Shown here piece by piece: positions 22,397 to 35,559 of a stretch of DNA of 64,000 nucleotides (its first letter is position 1; every line of letters starts with the position of its first letter). Made by a program: the position numbers and the translations under genes. The notes below the pieces were generated by a model. It was not told where the DNA came from, did no database searches, and saw nothing but the letters and a program-made list of their open reading frames with translations. This stretch comes from Felis catus (taxonomy: Eukaryota), in assembly GCF_018350175.1 (NCBI RefSeq), contig NC_058382.1, positions 57,538,001-57,602,000 on the forward strand, read 5' to 3'.

Positions 22397-25169
22397 TTCT
22401 ATCTCGTACCGCCCTCCACATCATTTGTTTTGCAGAACTTCTGCCCAACTTTGGGATAGCCTACCCCCTTCCTATTCCAGGAAAGATTTCATGACGTGAA
22501 GACCCTTTAGAAGGCGTGGAACCCATGGTCTTTTCTCCCCAGCTCAGCCTAACTCGTGAACAGAGAGGTGGTTGGTGGTTCAACCAGACTCCAGGGCAAT
22601 CAACATAGATTCCACGTGTGCTTTGGGCAGCAGGATGGCTTTGACCTTGGGAAGAGACGAACCGTCAGTCTTTAGCTTAAGCCAGCTCTCTTATTTTTGA
22701 CCACCAGGGCATGTCCCCGGACAAGGGCGCGGCGCTGGTCACTCGTCTGATTTTCTTGCGCCTTGTGAATTACGTCCAGTGTCCCGCACCTCACGCTTCG
22801 TGACGTCACTCTTGCCGCTCTGAAGGCACTTTGCTATTTACGTGGCTTAGAACCTAACATCACTAGCGTTGGGAGCGTTCTCTTAAAGGTGAGGTTGAGA
22901 AGTTCCTTCTCGTAAACTAACGTCACCTAATTGGGGGTGGTCTCCCTGTGCCACGAAAGGTTTTGGAGCCTTTCTTAGGGGTCAGTGGGAAAGAGTCTCG
23001 GGACCGAGGAGCGGCGTCTGGGCACCAGACCGCGCAGCGATGGGACCCATGGCAGCTGTCCGAGGTGTTAAGACAGAAGTCGCGGGAGGAAACGCTTCCC
23101 CCCCCCCCCCCCCGATGGGCAGAGCTTGGGGAGGTACTCCTGCAGGTGGCCGGTAGAACTGCAGAATCATGGGAGTGTGGTTTCCCACCGCAGCGACAGA
23201 GACGGGGTTCCGGCGGGCGGCCCCCCTGAGACACAGCGGCACCGCTTTCGGTCTCGGAGGGCACCTGGGTCATTTCTGGCGATGGTTCGAAATGAGCATG
23301 GTGGGCTTCCGTGCAGGTCTGGGGTTGGTATTTTTTTGGCTTTTTGGGTTTTTTTTCTCACTGTGAAAGAACTAGAGTTTTAGGTTCACAGTCGTATGTC
23401 TTGAGTTCGCCCCTTCCCCGACGTCAGAACCCTGTTTGCCGAAGACCTAAATGTAACACCAGAATTGGAAGGAACGTGGAAAGCGCTGTGACTTACCGTG
23501 TTCTTCCTGCCGTCGGAACATACGGAGGTCGTCTCAGCAACTTGTTTTGTGCGTGCGGCTCTCAGGGTTTCTCACGTTAGATGTGAGGCGTTAACATTTT
23601 CCCATTTTAGAAAGGCGCCCGGGTGGGGCTTTGTAGGTCTCCATCTGGGCAGAAAACCTCGGTGCGTGTGTATCTGTATCGTGAATGCCCCTCCCCTTGC
23701 TGCTTACTGATAAGGTGACCTCTTGGCGACTTAGTAGAAACCCCAGAAGCCAGCCCTAAGGGGTGTTCAGTTCGGGGTGCAAACCCAAATGCCAAAGGGA
23801 GTGGAGTCTGTCCTCTGAGGTCCGGGGTCCCCACTCTGCTCGAGCGAGTTAACCTGCGGTTCAAAGTCCCTGGCCCCTGAGCCAGGGCGACCTTTCAGGG
23901 GCTTGCAGCGCCGTGGGAAGTGAGGGACGCCCGCCCCCACCCCCCTTGTAGAGTTGTCAACCTTCCACCATTACCCTGGTCCTCGTGGCACGTGGCTTGG
24001 CCACCACCTGCCTGAGGAGCAGCTCACGGGCCTTCTGTGTCTCTGAGCTTTCGGCTAGAATCTCAGACTGCTGCCCACCCCCCCCACCGCCCCCCCCCCC
24101 CCCCGCCCCGGGAGGGGCCCCTTCATCCTTGGCCTCTCCACGGATTCTGAGTGTCTCCCCGGAGGGGAGGGGAGGGGAGGGGAAGGGGAGGGGGCAGTGT
24201 CCTGCCTCCAGCATAAACCCCTGGAGCGCAGGGCAGCTCCAAGGGTACTGGGAGGTCCGGCCCTGCACAGGCGCCCAGCCTGGCAGCTTTTCAAGTTGTT
24301 TGAAACATTTTGATACTTTTTGATACCCATGACTGTGACCACCTTAGCTTCCCCACCCCCACCCCCGGCTGAGCTAGAGGGCACTGATCGGCCAAGAAGA
24401 CGTCCTCACTCCCTTAAGATACTGTTGTATTTCTTCTGAAGCTGCTCCTACCTCAGCAGCATGCACAGAGGTGAAACCATCCCCGAGGACCGGTCCAGTC
24501 CGTCTGTCACCTGTCACGGGTCACTGCTCGCCGGGGCCCTCATCCACTCCTGTCCATTCCTTCTTTTAAAGACATTTCAACGCAAAGTCTGTAACAGCGA
24601 GCCATCCTGCACTTGACAGAATTACTGCCCTCAGCTCAGAGGTCCGTTCCTCTCTTTTTTAACACAAATAGAATCCGTGGCTTCTGACGGTGCGTCGAGG
24701 TCTCAGGAAGTCTTGGTTGCCTTGGTTAAAAGAGGTGAATGAACGTACAGGTCCGGCGGTAGAGTGGGGCCGAGGGGATAAACCTCCCGTGTCCATTTTC
24801 TTGGAGAAAAGGAACCCAGTGACCCGACGTCATCGTCACAGGTTCGCTTGGCATTGATTGGAAGGGAGACCCAAATCCTTTGGGGTCGACTGAAGTTCGC
24901 CATCACCACCAGCCCCCCCCTTGGGAAAGCAGTAAGATACTTGACCGTTAAGTAATTCCCTGGTATATTCTGGCTACTGATGTTATCAAAATCTGTAACT
25001 GTATGTGTGTGTGTGAGTGTGTGTTTTGATTCGTTGCTTTTGTATTTGTGATTTTATGACACTCGGAGGTTTTCTGTGTCTTACCTCTTTTTTAACTCAT
25101 TTGCTGCGCGTTGATTTTCTTCCCCCCTCTGTTTTTGATTCCGTCCAGAATATTCACTTCCCAAAGCGC

Positions 25170-25175
25170 ATTAAA
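25170..25175 (+). terminator. Candidate distal polyadenylation signal (ATTAAA) of a long KLHL36 3' UTR
   Basis: ATTAAA preceded by ~170 nt of U/UG-rich sequence with TGTA motifs and followed by GU/U-rich sequence. SINE-rich intergenic DNA starts shortly after. Confidence 0.55.
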
Positions 25176-25554
25176 ATGGTTTGCCTGCTAGGGTATGGTT
25201 TATTTTATAATTAGTGTCCCAGGCTTGTGTGGTTATTGTAATGATCTTCAGGCCTGTTTTCTCTGCCCGGGTGAAAAAGAACCCCTTGCATGTTGAGCCC
25301 AAATATAATTTGGAAATTAACCAGACTGCCCTTTAGGACGGTGGGGGGCTGGGACGTTTGGAGGCTGCTCTCAATGTGCTTCTAATTACTATATTTTCCC
25401 AGGAATTTCATTCAGGTCCTTGATTGCACCGCGAAGTCCTGTGACCTGAAATGAAGCTATTTGCTTAAATTTGTGCCAGTGGGGGTAATTTGATTAGAGA
25501 AGAAAAACAGAAACCAGGGGAAAGAAGCATAGCTTATGGCAAGCAATTTATTAT

Positions 25555-25744
25555 CTTTTTTTTTTTAATTGTTTATTTATTTTTGAGAGACAGAGAGAGG
25601 GAGAGGGAGACTCAGAACACGAAGCGGGCTCCAGGCTCCGAGCGGTCAGCACAGAGCCCGACGCGGGGCTCGAACTCACAGACCTCGAGGTCATGACCTG
25701 AGCGAACTCGGACGCTCAACCGACGGAGCCCCCCCAGGCGCCCC
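25555..25744 (-). mobile_element. SINEC
   Basis: Antisense SINEC body. Confidence 0.88.
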
Positions 25745-26377
25745 GCAGTTTGTTGTCTTTATCAGAAAAAGAGCAGAACGTTTCTGTGAGAAGGGAGTTT
25801 GCTGTCTGTCCCACGGGCCCGAGAAGAAGACTGTCGCCCCTCTGCCCCGCCGGGGTTTCACGGGGCCGCCAGCAGACAAGCCCAGTCACGCTTGGGGACA
25901 CCTTCTCCCTGTACCTTTAGCAGTTTGGCATCGGGAGGACGGTGGGAGGTACCCGCGTGCCCATCACACCTGGAACCTGGCCTAGAATTTGCCCCTGAGC
26001 CAATGAGCTGCCCCAGGCAGGCCCCAGGCCAGCAGATGCCAAGCTCACCAGGACCCCTTCCTTCAGCCTGAGAAGAATCTTGGGTTAGAAATGACGCTCT
26101 TCCCATCTCCCGGATGAGGAACCCAAGGCTTGGGCCGCATCATCTTCCCGAAGGTGAACTACCTTACCCACCCAGCTGCTCGGTGCTTGTCTTGCCCTGG
26201 GTTCTCTGGAACCCAGAACCTGACACGAGGCAGGTGATTTATCTGGGGAGGTGGTCCGCAAGAAGCCGGCGGGCGTGAGACCGGGGGGCGGGGAAGAAAG
26301 GCGGATGACAAGGAGTTTTATCTGCAGCGGAGTAAGAAACCACTCCCAGGTAGTGGCTTTGAATGATAACAAGCATC

Positions 26378-26580
26378 GGGGCGCCTGGGGGGCTCCATCG
26401 GTTGAGCGTCCGGCTTCGGCTCGGGTCACGATCTCGCGGTCCGTGAGTTCCAGCCGCACATCGCGCTCTGTGCTGACAGCTCAGGGTCTGGAGCCTGCTT
26501 TGGATTCTGTGCCTCCCTCTCTCTCTGCCCCTCCCCAGCTCACGTTCTGTCTCTCAAAAACAAATAAGCATTAAAAAAAA
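26378..26580 (+). mobile_element. SINEC (a second partial copy lies at ~26925-27083)
   Basis: ggggcgcctgggg...tctctctgcccctcccc...aaataa tail. Confidence 0.88.
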
Positions 26581-28289
26581 CTTATAAATGGTAATAAGCA
26601 TTTACTTTGGGGACAAATCCAAGAGTCGACTGGGCTCCACTAGGCAGCCCTCTCCCCCCCACCCCCAGGAGTCTCACTCAGGGTCAGGGTCAGGGTCAGG
26701 TATCCATTCCCCGAGGCTCGCGGTGAGATGGGGCTCCTCCAGCACCCCGCTCTCGATCTCTCCTCCTCCTCTTGCCTCCCTACCCCTCCAGGCCCCTTGC
26801 TCTCTCTGGTTTCTCCACATGGTGGCCGCATCCCGATTTCTCACATGGCCGCCAAAGGCTCCCAGACCCCACGTCCCAAGTTAGCAGCTGCACAGCTTCT
26901 AACACAGACCCGGCTCTTTTCAGCTACGGGTTCAAGCCCCGCGTCCGTCTCTGCGCCGACAGCTCGGAGCCTGGAACCTGCTTCCGATTCTGTGTCTCCC
27001 TCTGTCTCGGCCCCTCCCCAGCTCGTGCTCTGTCTCTGCCTCTCTCTCCCTCTCTCTCTCTCAAAAATAAACATTAAAAAAAATTGGTTTAAATGACCAC
27101 CTCCACTGAAAGCCTGCATGTGAGGTATCGTGTCTCCCAAAGGTCCCCCTAGCATGCAGGTATGTGACCTGAGGGGATAACCAGAGAGGCTCTGAGATGC
27201 GTCCTGACTCACAGGTGGCAGGAGCAAGGACACAGGTAAGTCTGTAAGGGGCTGGGCGGGAGGCAGAGTGGGGGACGCACGCCTATCACTTCAGAGCCCC
27301 TCACAGGCCTGGTCCTCACCACATGTCAGCAGAGGCCGTGCCATCGTCTCAAGGACTTGCCCTCAATCCTGGAGGTCACCTTCTCCGTGGACCCAGACAA
27401 CTCTGTGCTCACGAGGGTGACACGCGTTCACCAGGCTTCTGCACTGTGCCAGCCAGGCACCGCTGGGGGGAGGAGGGGGGTGGCTGGGGACACGGTGCTG
27501 ATCACACCCCCGAGGTGCCAGCCCTAGTGGGGAGTCACAGACCAATAAATGCAGGTCAGCTAGCGACACATGACACGGATGTACAGGAACCCATCGAACT
27601 GTACCCTTCAAAGGGGTCGATTTTTACGTGCGTGGATTATGTCCCCATGTCTCCTGCATGGTGGGCGAGGAAGAGCGAAAGCTCTGAGTGAGGTGGGACG
27701 AGGTGAGGGTCGGGAGCTGGGGCTCGGACTCAGGAGGGAAGCGACTTGATCCCCCGTCTTCAGAGCAAAGCCTTGGCTGCGGTGGAATGGAGGGACATGG
27801 GGGGGTGGGGAAGGTAGGAGGAGGGAGACGGCCGTCTGCAGGTGGACAGGGCTGGCTGCTGGCCGGGGAGGCGTCCCTGACAGACCCCCCACCCTCCCCC
27901 AGGGAGGCGCCACGGCTGCCCTGGTACCTAAGGCCCTGAAACAAACCACACGTATTCCTGGCGTTTCACAATAACCACTTGTATCTTACAGCTCCGAGGG
28001 GAGGGGGGGGGCACCTGGGAGGTTGTACTGTTCCCCACAGCTCCCTGGGTGGGGGGGGGGGGGTCCTCTTGGTGGCCCGGCCTCACTCCACAGCCGCTCC
28101 AGAGGGGAGGCTGGCCTCAGCTGGGCCGGCCCAGCCTTTCCCGCAAGGTGGTCTCTGAGCGGAGATGCCCAAACTGTTGGGCTCAGCCCAACCCCGTTCT
28201 GAGACAGGAAGTGGAAGCCGCCGGGGTCCCTTTTCCAAAAATCAGCGGACGGTAAGACGTACCCTGTGTGCACAGTTCCATGAATTTTA

Positions 28290-28740
28290 ACAGATGAGCA
28301 ATCATTTTCTGCAGAAACTAAAGCCCAACCACGGATGACCGGACAAACTAAACGGACTCTAACTGGTCGACGAAATATTACATGGCCTTGAACGGGAGTG
28401 AAGCTGTGATCCAGGCTGCGTCATGGGTAAACCTGGTGAACACCGTGGCGAGTCACAGAGGCAGGACCCAGGGGGCTTGCGCTGCAGGATCCCACTTAAC
28501 ATGCCAACAGCCAGGACGCGCAAATTTACGGAGCCAGCAAGTGGATGAAGCGTTGCTTAGGGCTGGGGTGGGGGTGACGGGGAGAGGGGGACAATGTTTC
28601 TTATTGGTGGCGATGAAAATGCCCGCAAACCGATCGTGGTTACGGTTGCACATCCCCGTGACCGCGAAAAGTCGTCGAATACACTTCAACGGGGTGAATT
28701 GCATGTTGTGTGAGTTACGTCTCAATAGAGTTGGTTAAGG
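28290..28740 (+). mobile_element. Old L1 (L1MB-like) 3' end fragment
   Basis: ...ggatgaccggacaaactaaac...aaatattac...gatcgtggttacggttgcacatc...atacacttcaacggggtgaattgcatgttgtgtgagttacgtctcaata. Confidence 0.7.
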
Positions 28741-28851
28741 CATCAGAGCAATAATCCAGCCCACTCTCCGAGTTCCGGGTTTGGTCCCCCAGATAGCCAC
28801 AGGTTGAGAGCCAGGAGACAAAGCTCCCTACCTGGGTTTTAAAACGGGGGA

Positions 28852-29050
28852 CGGGGGCGGCTGGGTGGCTCAGTCAGTTAAGTGACTTCAGCTCAGGTCA
28901 TGATCTCACAGTGTCGTGAGTTCAAGCCACGCATCGGGCTCTGCGTGGACAGTGTGGAGCCTGCTTGGGATTCTCTCTCTCCCACTCTCTCTGCCCCTCC
29001 CCTACTCACACTGTCTGTCTCTCTCTCGCTCTGAAAGTAATTACATAAAT
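28852..29050 (+). mobile_element. SINEC, followed by a MER5A-like fragment (~29120-29250)
   Basis: SINEC head and CT tract, then tggtcctcaaa...cctggaccagc...attctcaggcctcaccccaggcct. Confidence 0.8.
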
Positions 29051-30446
29051 GATGAGAATAGAGGCAGCATTCATTCTAGGCCTGTGGGGCAGCACCTCTG
29101 TGTGGGGGGAGGCCCCAGGGCACTGGTCCTCAAACCATAGTCCCCTGGACCAGCGACGTCACCATCACGGGGAACTCGACGGGCACGCATATTCTCAGGC
29201 CTCACCCCAGGCCTGCCGGATCAGGCCTAGCCACGTGTATTGTCAGAAGCCCTCCCGGCGAGTGTAGCCCGAGCTCCGTCGGGGACTGCCGCCCTCTGGA
29301 GGTGTCTGTGTCCTATCTCCAGCCACAGACCTTTCTGGGCCGCGAGTCTCCGACAAATCGGGCGACCGTGGCCCCAACCCGAACCGCGGGGCTCCTCTCT
29401 GGCGAAGCACAGCCCAGTCCAGGGGGGTGCTGCAGCTTGGGGTCTCGGAGCAAACTCGCACGGGGCCACACACCTGCCTGTGGCCCAGAGAAAGCGAACG
29501 TCGCCTGTGGACTTCCTGCCGACGGGGCCTGGAAGCTCCGGCGTGGCCCAACCCTCTGAGCCATGTCCAGCCTCCTGGGCCCAAGGGAATCATTTGAGCA
29601 GGCACGACACGTTAGTGACTCCTCTTTCCCGGGGGCCACGGTACCACCGCCTCTGTCGTCTGAAGGCGCTAAAAATACATAACCCCCGCACGCGGCTCCC
29701 AACTTCCAAGTGTGCCAATGCCCTGGGCCTTTTTTGGTGCCAGGCAGAGGTTCGAAAGATCTGGATTCCCACGCAGCGTTCTTACGAGGGAGCCTCCAGC
29801 AAGGGGGTGGCTTCGCTCAGCGGCTCCTGTTGGTAGAACGGGGGCCTAGACCACATCTCCGTGATGTCCCCGGGCAGGAACGCGGATTCCCGCGTTGGCT
29901 GTGTCACGTGCCTCCGGGGCGAGGCACCCCATCTCGTAAGTCTCCGTTTCTTGGGCTGTGACACGAGACGGATGGAGACGATTCGGGTCGGGCGGGGCGC
30001 CCCGCAGAGAGCCCTCGTCCCCTAGGCAGCCACCTAAGGGAGTTCTGGTCAGGAGGGGCCTGGGAAATGCCCGAGACAGGATCCGCCTCTTGGGGAGTCA
30101 CAGCAGGGTACACACGTGCGTATTACAGCCTCCAAAAGTCCCACCAAGGACACCCATCTGCCTTCGCTTAAACCAGGATCCCCCAAGCTCGTTTGCTCCT
30201 GACCCCCCTTCGCTACTCTGTTGGTAGTGACAATGACTCCAGAGGCCGTGTGCCAGCACGTCCCCCTCTGGGAAATGGGAAGTTGGACGATTTCTGTGTC
30301 CCATCCCCTCTGACAGCCTAAGATCAGGCGACCGTTTCATCAGCCACATAGAGAGGTGCCACAGAGACATCAGGGGAGACGGTCAGCTGCCTTTGTAAGA
30401 TATATTCCCCACGGAGGCTGGTGGCTTGATGTGGTTACTGGGGGTT

Positions 30447-30647
30447 TTTTAAAAATTGTTAATGTTTATTTATTTTTGAGCGAGAGAGATTGAGCAGGGG
30501 AGGGGCAGAGAGAGAGAGAGAGAGAGAGAGACAGAACCCGAAGCGGGCTCCAGGCTCTGAGCTGTCAGCACAGAGTGGACGCGGGGCTCGAACCCATGAA
30601 CCGTGAAATCATGACCCGAGCCAAAGTCAGAGCCACCCAGGCGCCCC
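30447..30647 (-). mobile_element. SINEC
   Basis: Antisense body with (GA)n. Confidence 0.88.
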
Positions 30648-30649
30648 GG

Positions 30650-30959
30650 GTGTGATTAACATTTAAATTGGTGGACAGTGAGGAAAGCAGATGGCCCTCC
30701 ACAGTGTGGGTGGGCTTCATCCAATCAGGTGAAGGCCTTAAGAGAACAAAGACTAACCTTCCTAGAGCAAGAGGGAATTCTCCAGTAGACTGTCCTCAGG
30801 CTTGAAATGCAACATCAGCCCCTCCCCCAGGTCTCCAGCCCACCAGCCTGTCCTGCGGATTCTGGACTGGCCAGCCTCCGTAATCGCACGAACCAATTCC
30901 TTCCAATCGAGAGAACCCTTTGGCTTCTCTTTCTCTGGAAAACCCTGACCAATAATACA
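30650..30959 (+). mobile_element. MLT2-like (ERVL) LTR, 3' part
   Basis: gattaacatttaaattggtggac...aaagcagatggccctccacagtgtgggtgggcttcatccaatcaggtgaaggcctt...tctctggaaaaccctgaccaataataca. Confidence 0.82.
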
Positions 30960-31049
30960 ACGCAACAACGCGAAACATAGAAGGGACGTTAAGCTTGGAG
31001 ATGTTCATTACTGTTCCTAAGAGTGAACAATTAGAAATAATACGTATGT

Positions 31050-31642
31050 AGGGGCACCTGGGGGGGCTCCGTCGGTGGAGCGTCCGACTTCGGCTCAGGT
31101 CACGATCTCACAGTGCGTGGGTTCGAGCCCCGCGTCGGGCTCTGGGCTGAGAGCTCGGAGCCTGGAGCCTGCTTCGGATTCTGTGTCTCCCTCTCTCTCT
31201 GCCCCTCCCCCTCTTGCACTCTGTCTCTCTCTCAAAAATAAATAAAGATTAAAAAAAAATAATAATAATGTTGAGGAGCTTTTTTTTTCTTTTTAAAACA
31301 AGGGACAACTAGTTGCATGGGAGATGCCAGCACACAAATCCAATATCCAATGAAAATCACTTTAACTCTTATTTCCCACGTAGTAGCTACATGCCAGGCA
31401 TGGTATTGGATGTTTTGTTTTTTTTTTTTTTAATTTTTTTTTTAACGTTTATTTATTTTTGAGACCGGGAGAGACAGCATGAACGGGGGAGGGTCAGAGA
31501 GAGGGAGACACAGAATCCGAAACAGGCTCCGGGCTCTGAGCTGTCAGCACGGAGCCCGACGCGGGGCTCGAACTCGCGGACCGCGAGATCGTGACCTGAG
31601 CCGAAGTCGGACGCCCAACCGACGGAGCCACCCAGGCGCCCC
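31050..31642. mobile_element. Two SINECs tail-to-tail (31050-31260 +; ~31415-31642 -)
   Basis: Two full SINEC bodies in opposite orientation. Confidence 0.9.
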
Positions 31643-33148
31643 AAGAAACTGGATTTTTAAGAGTAGGATTGGAGCCTCGGTCTCCTACCTCTGATTCTCC
31701 TTCCCATTTTTCTGAGGTCCCCGCACTCGTGGGGCCAGCGATGGAGGGTGGTGGGGCGCCCCTTTCCCCCGCCTGGAAGACTACCATCCCCAGAATCTAC
31801 CCGTGAAGTTAAAGTCAGTATTATCGTATAGCTGATACATCAGTAATGCTAACAAGAGCAATATTATCTTCCATGCAAATCCCTTTTATTTAATCCTAGA
31901 GCAAGCACCGCATGGAAATTATGCCTTATTTTCTTTCAACGTCCATTCAAAAAAAAAAAAGCATCTCAAATTGGAAAGAAGTAATCCATGTCACAAGCCA
32001 GTTTGTCAAAAAAATGTCTGTTTGGCGTCCCCAGAAGGATCGTCAAAACCCCCACCTCTGAGGAGGCACTTAGCACATAGCAGGCACCGTGCAAAGCACT
32101 TTGCATTCGAGGTCTCAGACACATTCCTCACCGCCGTGAGTAAAATTCTTGTTGGGGGGCAGGGCTAGCGTGGTTTGAGCCTGGGAGCATTTAACTCAGA
32201 AGCGAGGAGAGCTCAGCCACCGTGCTGTTGCCAGTAGAAGTGTGTTCTTAACTTCGGCTGTGGTGTTCGCGAAGCGTGTTGATGGAAGTGAAGAGAAAGA
32301 CGAGACGTGTATACTGTGTTTGAAGAGCACTGTCGTTCCCTTGGCCGATGTTTCTCTCTCCCAGCATATTGGAAGCAATCAGAGAGGTTCTGCGTGCAGT
32401 TAAACACCTCCTCCTGGGCTGCCCCATATAACCAGTCCAACAAATCAAAAATATGGCGACATTGGCTACAGGAGAACATTGGCTGCCTGTCACCTGGTAC
32501 ATCAGTTGCTGGATTCCATCAGCTCAATATCTTCCAATTCTGTCCCCTTACCTACCTTCTCTCCAGTATCCTTTTCAGGATGGCTTCATTGGGAAGTCTG
32601 TGAATTCTTTCCAGCTTCAGGTATGGCTGCATCCAGGAGTTCACAAAGTGGCTCCAGCTTGGGATTCAGTTACAGGCTCTAAACTAGCTACAAGTCCTCC
32701 CATCTTTTTGTGTTTCTCTAACCTCACCGCCTTCCCACCCCTACCCCTGATGGCTTACCTGTCGATGCCTGAGGTATCTTTCTAGAATGAAAATCTGGTC
32801 ACCCATGTGGGCCACGGTGGTTTGCTGCTCTAGGGAAAGGCCGTTGTGTTTGACTTACTGTTTACTCTTAGGGCTTGTCGAGTATCAGTAAGTTACCGAT
32901 GGCTTTTTCTTTCTTTCATGAACCTCATCGACGTCAGTCCCTCTTGTCCTTCCCGGAACCCAATTCCCATCCTGTCGCTTCCCTCACTTGTGAGCTGAGT
33001 AAACCTCTGACGTGGCTCGCGGTGTATTCACATGAGGTCGTGGTTTTAACTTCCTGAAATGATAGGTGCACAACAATAGCAACGGTGTATTCATGGCGCT
33101 CCTTTGGTGGCAAGTGACACAGTCCCAGTCCAAAGTAGCCCAAGTCTA

Positions 33149-33300
33149 GAGGCGCCCGGGTGGCTCACTAAGTTGAGCGTCTGACTCTTGATTTCGGCTC
33201 AGGTCTCGATCCCGGGGTAGTGGGATCGAGCCCCGTGTTGGGCCCTGCGCTGGGTACGGTGCGTGCTTAGGATTCTCTCTCTCTCTCAAAAAACGAAAAC
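33149..33300 (+). mobile_element. SINEC (older, shortened)
   Basis: gaggcgcccgggtggctca...ctgactcttgatttcggctcagg...ggattctctctc. Confidence 0.8.
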
Positions 33301-33819
33301 GAAACAGACCTCACAAAGTAGCGAACGTTTAAAGATGGGGGGGGGGGGTCTCAGTTCACGTGGAAACGTGTGTTGTCTCTTGTTATCAGGCCTCTCTCTT
33401 CCTCTGTCTCTGTCTCTGTCTCCCTCGCTTCCAAAAAGAGTAAATCGCTTGTTGTGGCGTCAGACCCACATCTACCTGAATCCCAAGCTTGTGTGGTTTC
33501 CAATAATGCTGGTACTGGGATGCCCACAGTGAGTCAATAGGACTTTGCTAGCCTGGAGGGACAGGGAAGGGTGTTTTAGACAGAGGGAAGGGCACTGCTA
33601 AGCTATGGAGCTGTGAGAGATCGTGTGGCCTCTAGCGGCTGGCCAGCCAGTGAGGCCATGGCCAAGGCTGGAGAGCCCACGCAGCGGGTTTCATCCCAGG
33701 CTGTGCCTGCTAGAACAGCGTGGGACAGGGGGAGTTTCATAAAACACCTGTGCCCAAGCCCATGCCTGGAGACTTTGATCGACTAGGTCTAGGATGGGAT
33801 CTGGCATCATTGTTTTAAA

Positions 33820-34843
33820 AAAAAATTTTTTTTCAACGTTTATTTATTTTTTTGGGGACAGAGAGAGACAGAGCATGAACGGGGGAGGGGCAGAGAGAGG
33901 GAGACACAGAATCGGAAACAGGCTCCAGGCTCTGAGTCATCAGCCCAGAGCCCGACACGGGGCTCGAACTCACGGACCGTGAGATCGTGACCTGGCTGAA
34001 GTCGGACGCTTAACCGACTGCGCCACCCAGGCGCCCCTGGCATCATTGTTTTAAACACACAGGTAGGGGCGCCTGGGTAGCTCAGTCAGGTAGGTCAGGG
34101 CGCCTGACTGATTGTGGATTTCGGCTCAGGTCATGATCTCACAGTTCGTGAGTTCAAGCCCCATGTCGGGCTCCGTGCTGACAGCTCAGGGACTGGGGCC
34201 TGCTTCTGATTTAAAAAAAAAAACTAAAAATTTAAAATTTTTTTTTTCAACGTTTTATTTATTTTTGGGACAGAGAGAGACAGAGCATGAACGGGGGAGG
34301 GGCAGAGAGAGAGGGAGACACAGAATCGGAAGCAGGCTCCAGGCTCCGAGCCATCAGCCCAGAGCCCGACGCGGGGCTCGAACTCCCAGACCGCGAGATC
34401 GTGACCTGGCTGAAGTCGGACGCTTAACCGACTGCGCCACCCAGGCGCCCCTAAAAATTTTAAAGTTTAAAAATTAAAAAAAAATTTGTAATACTTAAAA
34501 AATAAAAATATAAGTAAAAACAAGAGGCAAAAACACCTCAGGAGGTTTTATTTATTTATTATTATTTTTTCCCTCGGAAGTTTTTTTTTTTCCAATTTTT
34601 TTACTATTTATTTTTTTAATGTTTATTTATTTATTTTGTGTGTGTATGTGAGAGAGAGAGAGAGAGAAAACGAGAAGGGGGGGGGGGCAGAGGGAGAGGC
34701 AGACACAGAATCTGAAGCAGGTTCCAGGCTCCAGGCTGTCAGCACAGAGCCCGACGCGGGGCTCGAACCCACGAACCGTGAGATCATGACCTGAGCTGAA
34801 ATGAAGAGTTGGACCCTTAACCGACTGAGCTCCCCAGGCGGCC
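33820..34843. mobile_element. Cluster of four SINECs (33820-34037 -, 34066-34225 +, 34235-34451 -, ~34600-34843 -)
   Basis: Four SINEC bodies. The first is flanked by the TSD tggcatcattgttttaaa (33802-33819 / 34038-34055). Confidence 0.92.
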
Positions 34844-35559
34844 CTGAATCCGCGAGTGTCTTCATCTCGGACGTCTCAGACTCCAGAACTGCGGGAAATG
34901 CATTTCTACTGTTTACAAGCCGTCCGGTTGACGGTATTTCGTCATCGCAGCCCCAACAGACCGGGGGCGTTTGATTATTTATGACCGCGTAACAGATCGC
35001 CTGAAATATAGTGGCTTAAGACAATCATCTGTCATGATATTGTGGGCTCACGGTTTCCATGAGGAAACACTCCAAGTACTTGAGAGAAAGAAGGCTCAGC
35101 CTTGGAATTTACAAAGCGGGGCTGGTACCGCGCTCTGTTGGTCAAGCAAGTCACGGGGCCAGCAATTTAAGGGCAGGGACGCCGGCTCCGTCTCTCAGGG
35201 CACAGTGTCAAAGAGCTGGCAGCCGTCTGTAATCTTCCACACAGATGGCTCTGGGGGGAGTTAACACAGGAAGAAATCCCCAGGGTGACTTGGAGTGTGG
35301 TGGCAGTAAAGGCCAGCCTGCTTTAGAGCACATTTCAAATGGGGGGAAAAAAAAACCCAAAAAAGCCATGTTTTGGAACCATCGGATGCGTAGTCAAAAT
35401 CTTGATGTTTGGAGGTAACAGTCGTCGGAGGTAAGAGATTCTTAGAGATTTGGGGACATCCTCCCTATGTCTCCAGAGAAGTCCCCAAAGAAAGTGACTT
35501 GTCCTGACCCTCAGGAGACCCCCATTTGCATTCATTAGCCAAGCGCTTCATTAAATCAG

